DNA of 61,365 nucleotides from a virus (taxonomy: Duplodnaviria > Caudoviricetes), in the IMG/VR virus record IMGVR_UViG_3300008510_000002, positions 1 through 61,365 of that record. The stretch is one strand, 5' to 3'. The position numbers and the translations under genes were made by a program. This document shows positions 54,001 to 61,365 of this stretch, in pieces (the stretch's first letter is position 1; the number at the start of each line of letters is the position of its first letter). The notes under the pieces are model-generated. The model saw nothing but the letters and a program-made list of their open reading frames with translations, made no database searches and had not been told where the DNA came from.

Positions 54001-56640
54001 CTGCGGCGCAAACCTAATTTGCGCGACGGTGACCGCGTGGATCAGTTCATGAACTAGCGTTTCCTGCCTAAGCGTGTTTCGTGCAGACCCCGTGTACCCG
54101 TTTACCGTTACGCTTACATCTAATGTCCTACTGAACTCAGCTTTTCCCCGCGCAGCGGGTAACGACTGCCCAGGTGGTGTTAGTGCGAATGAAAATTTCA
54201 CCTCCGCGTCCGCCATTTCTTCGGCGCGACGTTTTACCTTAACCAGCACAGCGCGGTCAAGATCATCACGAGCGTTCAGGATTGCGTAGTCAATAGCCTC
54301 CATAAACGACTTCCCACGAAGGGCGTCGTCCATTTCCCGGGAATTGGGGAGGCTTGAAAGCTCAAACCGTGTTTGCGGGAATTTTGGTCCCGGCGTAGGA
54401 GTGGACGCAACAGGAGCGCGAGCAGCGGTGGGGGGCGGAGCGGGGACCTCCAGGGTAGCGGCAGCAGGAAGCGCGGCGGGAACCTCCGGAGTAGCAGGGG
54501 CAGCAGGGGCAGCAGGGGCAGCAGGGGCAGCAGAAACTTTCGGGCTAACAGAGGGCTCAGCGCCATACTTCCTGAGTAGCTCCCGCGCAGCATTGATGTG
54601 CTTCGCACCGGGTTTGATCCTATTCCCGGTCTCGTCAACATGCTCTTCGACGTAGGCGTCGTATTCCTCCTGGGACATGCGTCCAGAGATACGCTCAACC
54701 TCCTCAGCGAGATCCCCGCGTTGCTCAGGTGTGAGGTCAGTAGGTGCCGGGGCTGGGGCCTCGGTCACTGCAGCGGGCTGCTCTCCTTCTCCTGCAGCAG
54801 GGCGTCCAGCATCCTCGACAGGAGGAACCACTCGTACTGGCTCAGCGGCTCCAACTCCTTCGGCGGGGCTGACGGCAGCGGGTCCGCCAGCCACTGAAAC
54901 GCCTGCTCCAATTCGCTCTGGTTCAGTTGGAATACTGGGCGCACTTGGGGTCTCCGTGATTGGTGCCGGGGCAGCTTCTGGTGCTGAGGCAGCTTCTGGT
55001 GCTGAGGCAGCAGTCTCAGCCTCCACCGTGGGCGTGATGGGTTCAGGCAAACGCGCAACGAAGGCGTCAATCTTAGCCGCTGTTTTGGAGCTGGTTGTGC
55101 GCTCCTTCGCGTCCTCAAGAATGGTGCGAATCTCAGGGTCGGTGATGGACTTGCCGACCAAGGCGTCATGGATCCTGCCCCTGGTGAAACCGATGGTCCT
55201 GATAGTGGCACTGTCCAGCACATCCGGCAGGGGTGCGGGCCCTCGTACGGTCGGCTCTTCCACCGTAGGCGTTGTGGGTTCCGTGGCCGTGGGCGGCGGC
55301 AGAGTGGGCGTCCAGCGCCCACCACCGATCTCAACCAGACGAGCGTCAAGCTCATCGAAGCGACGACGCGCCGGGGTCTTGGGGGCTGGGGGCTTACCCT
55401 TGACGAGCAAGCCTTCTCGTTGCGCCCGCAGGCGGGCGATCTCCTCGCGCCGTGCCTCAGTGGGGTCGAACTCTTCCCGGGGCGTCACGCCCTGTGCAGC
55501 GGCTTCCTCAGCCGTCAGGAACCCTTCAGCCACCTTCTTCCCGGCGCGGGCACGCTCGGTGTCTTCCCGTTGCCTGCGGGCGCGTTCTGCCTCAAGCTCA
55601 CGGATCGCCGCGTTGCGCTCCTTGGACTCCGGCCGCTGCTTGAGGGTCTCGATCTCCTGTGTCAGTCTCGGGTAAGCCTCGGTGATGGGCTGCGCCAAGG
55701 TCTCGTCAATGACGGTCTGGGCACGGTTGATAGGTTCGCGCTTGGCTTCCGCTTTGGCAGCGATCTCGGCTGCCTGCTCACGACGCAGTCGCTCGACCGG
55801 CAGTTCCCCGGGTGGGCCTTCGGGTACACCTTCAGCCGGCGCAGCGCCAGCACCCGCTCCGCGTGCTCGACGCCCAAGCGCAAGGTCCATCAGCCCCTGA
55901 ACGATTGCACCGGTGGCGCCGCCGTAGGCAGCCTGCTCGCCAAGGCCCTCGATGAGTTCCTGCTCCGGTTTGTACACCCCACGGGCGATCATGTTCTGGG
56001 CAAGGCCCGATGCGGCTTCCTGTGCGGCTTCCTCGCCGGCTGCCTGGAGCACTCGCTTGACCTTGGCCGCTGCGGTCAGCACCTCCCCTTCGGGGATGCG
56101 AGACAGGATCCTGAACGGCGCGAAGACTTCCAAGGCGCCAGGGATGGTGCCCAGAGCGGTTGCAGTGCCCCGCTGCTCCTCAGTAGCGCCCTCAGCCTCC
56201 GCCCGGGTTCGCGCTTCGCCTGCGCCGGCTCCAACGCCCAGACCCACAGCCGCTGCGCGGCCAGCCAAACCAAGAGGCCCCGCCAACAGGAAGGGGATCG
56301 TGGAGCCTACGGCCTCCGTGACTTTTCTCGGGATGCTCTCTTCGTACCCCGGCGCCGGGGCGAAGGGCGCCTTGGCGGCGCCAGCAACCCTGGCAATCGC
56401 TTCCCGAGCGGCACGCTCTTGCTCCTCCGGCAGGAGGGCGGATGCACCGATGGCAGCGCTCTCGACCAGACCGACAGCACCAGGGATCAGGCCCTTGAAG
56501 GCTTCGCCTACTTGCCCGAAGAACGTGGTCTCGGGGGCAACTCCCAACACCTTTTTTACAGTGGCTTGGATGACCCGCGGATCGGTTCCGTCAGGAAACT
56601 CCAAGATCCGTCCATCGTGCAGTTGGGCTTGAACCGGCAT
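51001..56640 (-). CDS. Large polyvalent ejection protein (HExxH peptidase-like domain, C-terminal LPD38-like domain)
   Basis: 1879 aa; LEFPDGT N-terminus; LVHELIH; NFSRRG, IPFFNA, YQNLP...NW, IPVPPEL. Confidence 0.8.
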   Translation of the reverse strand: MPVQAQLHDGRILEFPDGTDPRVIQATVKKVLGVAPETTFFGQVGEAFKGLIPGAVGLVESAAIGASALLPEEQERAAREAIARVAGAAKAPFAPAPGYEESIPRKVTEAVGSTIPFLLAGPLGLAGRAAAVGLGVGAGAGEARTRAEAEGATEEQRGTATALGTIPGALEVFAPFRILSRIPEGEVLTAAAKVKRVLQAAGEEAAQEAASGLAQNMIARGVYKPEQELIEGLGEQAAYGGATGAIVQGLMDLALGRRARGAGAGAAPAEGVPEGPPGELPVERLRREQAAEIAAKAEAKREPINRAQTVIDETLAQPITEAYPRLTQEIETLKQRPESKERNAAIRELEAERARRQREDTERARAGKKVAEGFLTAEEAAAQGVTPREEFDPTEARREEIARLRAQREGLLVKGKPPAPKTPARRRFDELDARLVEIGGGRWTPTLPPPTATEPTTPTVEEPTVRGPAPLPDVLDSATIRTIGFTRGRIHDALVGKSITDPEIRTILEDAKERTTSSKTAAKIDAFVARLPEPITPTVEAETAASAPEAASAPEAAPAPITETPSAPSIPTEPERIGAGVSVAGGPAAVSPAEGVGAAEPVRVVPPVEDAGRPAAGEGEQPAAVTEAPAPAPTDLTPEQRGDLAEEVERISGRMSQEEYDAYVEEHVDETGNRIKPGAKHINAARELLRKYGAEPSVSPKVSAAPAAPAAPAAPATPEVPAALPAAATLEVPAPPPTAARAPVASTPTPGPKFPQTRFELSSLPNSREMDDALRGKSFMEAIDYAILNARDDLDRAVLVKVKRRAEEMADAEVKFSFALTPPGQSLPAARGKAEFSRTLDVSVTVNGYTGSARNTLRQETLVHELIHAVTVAQIRFAPQSSAAMKLKLLHRDLVPIFREQNKAGELSDFQEQLFKRALKDPYELITYGLVNADFQNWLASTPSPTGGTFLGRFFDLISQILKLNKREGSALAELMTISEGVFDEPLTSYFRQAESAAGMTLSDALVGERTEATAGDAIGRTLGERKTIGLRAQATDSLAGVEAEMGYLYSNSIRDNSGNMNPVVLLSQALDAPRFAQEMLRVGTIVVDPSGLSRITELDYNGQKISFEGVLRDIAAEAQRRGQAPGQFVKEIGEVLAGRREYELMKDNDAREVKLEFYLTPEEAEAANEKFSNDAFIKDVSEKMDAIRFAGLDFLVATGRITKDKAKEWKEATAYTPFKRIEELDKFYVSQGQGGVSTNFKLAAFKQMKEFKGSSERQTENPIKNFVGLMEWMTREGMKAEAVGRALRDLELVGAAKYLPRGRDQMPQSQKGAVVSSWQKGQQKFYYVPDPANLAAFAGAKSMQIGSFMRAAQKLSQVLRIGVTITPAFAVKQISDDITRGYVHSGVKNPMALIPRILSNMPRNWWNEIKGTRSPGVAKLAQHGVVPAYDTVEGGNVRNIFEETGISKRSLGRAILRILEAGAKASDVSVRQAIYDQTMKETGDVALAESRAREIINFSRRGASTTADFFIRTIPFFNAYARSMDKLLLAAAGGKTVGVATGYARNLFFKRMGILTAMGLSYALLMSDDEEYQNLPDHVRDRNWVLPYGKELGFTPVIPVPPELSFFFKAIPERVVQYYKLQGTPEERDALRVARELMLSGVDIFWAPNLTPQLVKPFLENMMNHSFFLGRPLESQSQLRLDPSQRFGTGTSEAVKASAEALAQLGIELSPIKIENAIRGVLGMSAGVALSVADVMVNPTRTDRPLHQHLAAQLTGASAFMKDPVGTRFLDDMYDFEDKVTQAYNTYNRLVQTAPEKADAYLLENYGRYSVYEATKAVMESIRDLNREAQVVDRAKDIPPDERRQIMNTLRAQQNELAQISYALRRQAQINQAEIDLR

Positions 56641-56648
56641 GTGTCAAC

Positions 56649-58205
56649 TCACCGAATGGGGTTCCCTTGGGCGTCAAAGCGAAGCACCTGCGTACCTGCA
56701 GGGGCCGCGACTCCAGCGACCCCAAAGTATTGCATGACCTGCTCACGAGATACGCCAAACGGGGCCAACTGTTGAGTTGCCTCAGCGATCTGCTGATCAA
56801 TGAGTCGCTGCCGCGCAGCGCCGGTAAGCGCAGAGGGGACTGGGATCCTCTTCTGCACATCCGCAATCACATCGCGGATCTGTTTATCGCGTTGAGCGTC
56901 AGCCCTAGTCCCAGCGAATTCGCCCCGTTGTTGCGCAGCGGCTTCCGCCGCCCTGGCTTGCCGTTCCTGCGCCCCAACCTGCCTGGACCGGAGACCGAAG
57001 TCGATGACCTTCTCCCGCAAAGCCACCCGAGCATTCGCCACCGCCACATCCGCGTCTTCCTTGGCTTTCCGATCACTCGAAGCATACGCCAGACGCTGTT
57101 GTGCCAGGGCGGTGTTGAGCCTGCGGTTGGCAATGTCGATCTCGCGGTTGGCTTTCTTGACCTCTTCCGCCTTGGCTTCCCGGGCGCCCGTGACACCAGC
57201 AGCCTTTTCAGCGAGGCTCTGCACCCATCGACCCTTGGTCGGGTCGAACGAAGCCAGTTGGAGCATCTCCCGGCCCGTCAGCCCGCGAGGTTGCTGGTAC
57301 TCCATGGGGGAGAGGCGTTCAGCCTCCTGTGCAGCCAGCAGGGCCTTGCGGAGTTCAAGCTCTTCAGCGCTGGGGACACCACGCCCCATCATGCTCCCAA
57401 TCGCGGACTCAGCGGCTGTGGTGTACTGAGCGATGTCATCGGGGGTAGCAGCCGCAGGGGGCGGAGTACCAGTACGGCCAGCACCAGGGCGAGCAGTACC
57501 GGGGCGAGCAGTACTTGCAGCGGAAGCGGGACGCGGAGCAGGAACGACCCCACGCTGTTCATATGGCGGACGTTCAAAGGCGGTGGCAGGTCTAGGTGGA
57601 GCGTCTCGTCTTTCAACTGCTACAGGCGATTCCCTCCGCAGCCATTCTTCCCGACGTGCTTCTTCTTCCCGCTGCTTCCGTTCCCTAGCTTCACGGATGA
57701 TCCTAGAAAGGAAAAATTCACTCGTCTCTACCGGCTCACTTAACCCAAACTCCGGGCTCACCCCAAACGCCATCTGGTCACTCAGGCCAACAGCTTCGAT
57801 GTTCCCCATCGTCAGGGGCGGCTCCTCCGCCGTCATCCCACCGTCCGCGAATGCCACCAAGCCACCACCAGCGAACTCGTACGGTTGAGACCCGATCCCT
57901 GCAGCCAGGATCTCTTGCGCCACCGTACCCGGCTGTTGCGCGACGGCCTGCTGTGCGGCCATGCCCTGCGCGGCTTGAGACATCCGCATGCGCTCTTGTG
58001 CCTTCTGGATCGCTGACAGAACAGCAAACTTGGGCGTCGTGGAGTTTGGATTGAGAAGCTCCGCCATCAACTGCGGGATCGGCAGTTGGGACAGCATTGG
58101 CGTCATGGGATTGATCCCCGTGGGCGCTGCTCCTTGCGAAGACTGCTGCGCGATGAGGTTCCCGAGACCACCGGGTTCAGCTTGTCCAGGATTCAGCATG
58201 ATCAA
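56649..58205 (-). CDS. Internal virion/ejection protein
   Basis: 518 aa, Ala/Gln-rich helical; FAGGGLVAFADGG; ends FDAQGNPI. Confidence 0.7.
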   Translation of the reverse strand: MIMLNPGQAEPGGLGNLIAQQSSQGAAPTGINPMTPMLSQLPIPQLMAELLNPNSTTPKFAVLSAIQKAQERMRMSQAAQGMAAQQAVAQQPGTVAQEILAAGIGSQPYEFAGGGLVAFADGGMTAEEPPLTMGNIEAVGLSDQMAFGVSPEFGLSEPVETSEFFLSRIIREARERKQREEEARREEWLRRESPVAVERRDAPPRPATAFERPPYEQRGVVPAPRPASAASTARPGTARPGAGRTGTPPPAAATPDDIAQYTTAAESAIGSMMGRGVPSAEELELRKALLAAQEAERLSPMEYQQPRGLTGREMLQLASFDPTKGRWVQSLAEKAAGVTGAREAKAEEVKKANREIDIANRRLNTALAQQRLAYASSDRKAKEDADVAVANARVALREKVIDFGLRSRQVGAQERQARAAEAAAQQRGEFAGTRADAQRDKQIRDVIADVQKRIPVPSALTGAARQRLIDQQIAEATQQLAPFGVSREQVMQYFGVAGVAAPAGTQVLRFDAQGNPIR

Positions 58206-59965
58206 TCTTTCTTCCCAAAGAGGAGGTCGTAGAGACCACCGCCAAGCAGACCACCAGAGATGATCCGAGCCACATCAGATGCACCGGTCTCGTACTTCGG
58301 CGCTTCAAGCGGAAGGCCTTGGAGGAGGCTCTGCATGAACGTAGCCTGTTGGTAGGGGTACTTCATGGACTCTTGGAACTGCTGATAGCCGAAGTCTAGC
58401 GGCTGCTGCGCGATACCTCGCTGAACTTCTCCCGCCCTCAGAACATCCGCCAGATTCTGCCTCTCAGTGGAAGCGATCTGCGGTGCCAGCGCCCCCAGGC
58501 CCTGCGCGGCGGCAAGCTGCTGCCTAAGCGCGTCCAAGCCGTACTGAGCGCCGAACTGGCGAGAGGCTTCCGTCTGTTGAGCCCCGGCAAGGCCGTAGCG
58601 TGCGAACTCCTGCGCCTGCTGCAGCGCCTGCTGGGCAGCGAACTGCCTGGACAACTCCGTGGCCTTCTGCGCGTCCATGCCGAACTGCGCTTGAAGCTGC
58701 GCCGCAGAGAGCGTCTGCCCTGCGTTGAACTGGCGTGCAGCTTCTTGTGCCTGCTGAGAGGATAGCCCGTATTGGGCCTGCAGTTGGGCGGCGGTCATGC
58801 CCTGCTGCGCAGCGAACTGTTGAGACTGCTCCTGCGCTCTACGCGCCTCCAGCAGTTGCCCAAGCCCTTGCTGGCCGAACTGCGCCCCGAACTGCCGCGA
58901 CAGTTCTCCAGCCTTTTGTGCCTCCATGCCAAACTGCGCCCCGCGTTCCGCGCCAAACTGGCGTGCGCGTTCCGTGGCTTCCTGAGCCGTCATGCCAAGC
59001 TGCGCTTCCTGAGCGCGTTGCTGAAGCGCCCGGTCGTACGCCCCTTGCAGGCCCCGGGCCCTGATGTCCCCGATCTGCGTGGCGAGATTGCGCTGGGCTT
59101 CCGCCTCCTCGATGGCCTGCCGTGCGCCGCCGAAGGCCCCTGCCTGAGCGAAGCGAGCGCCGCGCCCCTGACGAGCGATGTCGGCCTGACGAGTGGCTTC
59201 CCGGGCTTCGATGTCCGAGACCGCCGACTGGTACGGACTCATGTAGTCTTGCACCGAGCCTACGGGACCAAGACCCGTGGTGATCTGCCTCGGCTGATAG
59301 CTGAACCCCGGCGTGAACTGCGCACCTTGGTACTGCCCTTGCCCAATACCTGCCGTGAAGTCCGTAGAGGGCCGGTATCCTTGCGGTGCTTGGAACTGGT
59401 TACCAAACTGCGTAGCAGGGCCGGCTTGGTAGCCGAACCCCGCGTTGAAAGCCCCCGGTTGGTAGGCACCGATGCCTTGGAAGAAGTTGCCGAAGGTCGA
59501 GGGCATGTAGCCCATACCAGCGGCCCGCATGCCTGCATCCGCCATCATGTTGCTGGCAATACCGAACTGCTGCGGCATCTGCAGATTCTGGTAGCCCGTA
59601 AAGGCTTGCTGCTGAAGGGGCGCAGTGCCCGCAAAGCGCTGCCCGGTGAACTCCTGGTAGGGCAGATTCGCAGCACCCCACCCCTTGGACAACATGTCCT
59701 GCACATAGGGGCCGAAGTTCGCGGAGAGGGTGGATTGGGAGGGGTCGATGCCGGTGGCGGCAGCGCCCGTGGTGGCGGCGCCAGTGCCGGTGCCGGTGTT
59801 GGTGTTTGTGGTGCCCGTACCCGCAGTATTGGCGACAGATACGGTGCTGTTCGGCCACCATTGCCCCCCGCTATATAACCACTGTCCATCAGTACTTACT
59901 GGCGGAGCATAGCTGCCTGGAGGGCTTGGGGGAGGGACATATGTCGGCATACTTGTAGCCATCAC
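58202..59965 (-). CDS. DNA pilot/ejection protein with Gln-rich RQF repeats
   Basis: 587 aa; YMSPYQ, GAFGGARQAI, repeated E.(S/A)RQFGAQ units, Gly-rich C-terminus. Confidence 0.72.
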   Translation of the reverse strand: MMATSMPTYVPPPSPPGSYAPPVSTDGQWLYSGGQWWPNSTVSVANTAGTGTTNTNTGTGTGAATTGAAATGIDPSQSTLSANFGPYVQDMLSKGWGAANLPYQEFTGQRFAGTAPLQQQAFTGYQNLQMPQQFGIASNMMADAGMRAAGMGYMPSTFGNFFQGIGAYQPGAFNAGFGYQAGPATQFGNQFQAPQGYRPSTDFTAGIGQGQYQGAQFTPGFSYQPRQITTGLGPVGSVQDYMSPYQSAVSDIEAREATRQADIARQGRGARFAQAGAFGGARQAIEEAEAQRNLATQIGDIRARGLQGAYDRALQQRAQEAQLGMTAQEATERARQFGAERGAQFGMEAQKAGELSRQFGAQFGQQGLGQLLEARRAQEQSQQFAAQQGMTAAQLQAQYGLSSQQAQEAARQFNAGQTLSAAQLQAQFGMDAQKATELSRQFAAQQALQQAQEFARYGLAGAQQTEASRQFGAQYGLDALRQQLAAAQGLGALAPQIASTERQNLADVLRAGEVQRGIAQQPLDFGYQQFQESMKYPYQQATFMQSLLQGLPLEAPKYETGASDVARIISGGLLGGGLYDLLFGKKD

Positions 59966-61365
59966 GCTCTCCTCTGGAGCTTGTTCATCAGGGCGTAGAG
60001 CGCCGGGGCTCCGCCCGCTTGCTTGACCTGGGCACGGGGCACGTACATCTCACCATTGGAGACCCTGGCCGGGGTGCTCCCTTCGATTGTCGCAGGGATG
60101 TCGTCGCTTGTGCCAGTTCCCGGGCCCCGGATCAGCTTGGATTGGGGGAGAAGTTGGGCGATTCCACGCGGGCCTCCCGCACCGTCCACAGCCTTCTTGG
60201 TCATCACGAAACCGCCGTCCTCCATCTGCATCGGACGCTGATGGGTACCCGTGACGACACCACCTTGGGCGTAGGCTTGCATGAGCCCGCCGTTGGCTGC
60301 GTACCGAGCGATGGGGCCGTAGGCACCCTGCACCATGGTGCGGGTGGTAGGTCTTGGCGCCGCCGCGACGCCTGTGTAGCCACCCCCACGAGGAGGCTGT
60401 TTGTCGAAGTAGGACAGCAGAGCGCCGAGCCCCGCAAGGCCCGCACGGGACGAGAGAACGTCTTTGCCAATACCGATGGCCTCTTTCGCCACCCCGGGCA
60501 GCCAGCTAGGCAGTTGCGCCTTGAACATGGCCTTGTCCCATTCCGGGACGCCCGACTTTACCCCTTCTCCAAGCTCCATACCTCCGGTGCTTGCATCGCC
60601 AATGGACGACGTAGGAGGTGGCGGCATGTCGAGTACCGACTCTGGGTACACTGTTGTCGGTGGTAACCCGCCAGGAGAAAGAATCTCACTTGTGAATGGA
60701 TCAATTGCATTACCGCCAAAATCAAAAATTGGCGCCGCAGCCGACGCGGGCAAGGTTTCAGAGAGAATCAATTCTTGAATTCCCGGCGACAACGGTGGTG
60801 GCAGACTGCCCATTGCGGGCGCCGCAGGTGCTGCCATCGGGCCAGCGCCCCCCAGCGAACTTGTCAAGCCTTCCAGGCGAGGTCCGAGGAAATTTACCGT
60901 GCCGTACGCTGCGACTGCCGGCAGGACGAATTCCTTGAAGAAATCCCCAAAGCCGCTGACTTCGACCGGCGTTTGGTTGACCACCTCACCGGTTGGCGTC
61001 CTTAGCCCGATGGTCTGCCGATCTCTGTCGATCTGTTCGCCTTTGGTAACGAAATCGTAGCCTTCGGCTTTCTTTTGCTCAATGAACTGCAGGAATTCAG
61101 GCGCGGGAACTACATCGTAGCCGCCTTCATGGGTGGCGTAAACTTGCGTCTCAAACGGCCCTTGATAGCCAAGCTGACGGGCGACGCTTTGCCAGTTACC
61201 GACATCCTTAAGGCCGGCAATCGTGCTGCCGTAGGGATTCTCTGCGCCAAATTCGCCCGCTTGAGTAAACTGCGACCAATACGGATCAGACGGTGCTATC
61301 CACTCCGATCTTGGGATGGGGGCGAAAGGGTCAGCGGCAGGGGCGGCAGGGGCAGGGGCAGGGGC
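59962..61365 (-). CDS. 3' part of the wrap-around internal virion protein gene
   Basis: Frame is open from 61365 (APAPAPAAPAADPF...) into VVNQTP; C-terminal GPGTGTSDDIPA...SNGE domain. Confidence 0.78.
   Translation of the reverse strand, partial: APAPAPAAPAADPFAPIPRSEWIAPSDPYWSQFTQAGEFGAENPYGSTIAGLKDVGNWQSVARQLGYQGPFETQVYATHEGGYDVVPAPEFLQFIEQKKAEGYDFVTKGEQIDRDRQTIGLRTPTGEVVNQTPVEVSGFGDFFKEFVLPAVAAYGTVNFLGPRLEGLTSSLGGAGPMAAPAAPAMGSLPPPLSPGIQELILSETLPASAAAPIFDFGGNAIDPFTSEILSPGGLPPTTVYPESVLDMPPPPTSSIGDASTGGMELGEGVKSGVPEWDKAMFKAQLPSWLPGVAKEAIGIGKDVLSSRAGLAGLGALLSYFDKQPPRGGGYTGVAAAPRPTTRTMVQGAYGPIARYAANGGLMQAYAQGGVVTGTHQRPMQMEDGGFVMTKKAVDGAGGPRGIAQLLPQSKLIRGPGTGTSDDIPATIEGSTPARVSNGEMYVPRAQVKQAGGAPALYALMNKLQRRA

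Overview
The window appears to be an essentially complete, circularly closable ~61 kb tailed-phage genome of podovirus-like layout. It is GC-rich, and a proteobacterial host is a guess. Both ends lie inside a (GGGGCA)n Pro-Ala repeat of one minus-strand gene. The minus strand carries packaging, head, tail and lysis genes (251-23914) and internal/ejection protein genes (51001-61365, continuing into 1-242). The plus strand (24333-50919) carries early accessory genes, including an AcrIII-1/DUF1874-like ring nuclease and a DUF3150-like/MoxR-AAA/metallopeptidase-vWA trio. It then carries replication genes: family A polymerase, PD-(D/E)XK nuclease, SNF2 helicase, SSB-like protein and primase-helicase. 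No integrase, tRNA or CRISPR array was recognised. The most striking unexplained signals are mostly non-coding. (1) A ~550-nt, highly base-paired RNA follows a consensus sigma70 promoter and a boxA. (2) Two related small RNA candidates (47524-47611, 50927-51001) carry segments complementary to repeated ribosome-binding cassettes of early genes, including the anti-CRISPR gene. (3) A mirror-symmetric IHF-flanked origin-like element spans 25645-25970. (4) An [FYLM]-x-x-G-G motif is shared by at least seven late proteins. (5) AT-rich recoded patches sit on catalytic motifs of core genes. All family assignments come from motif recognition by eye; no database search or folding program was run.
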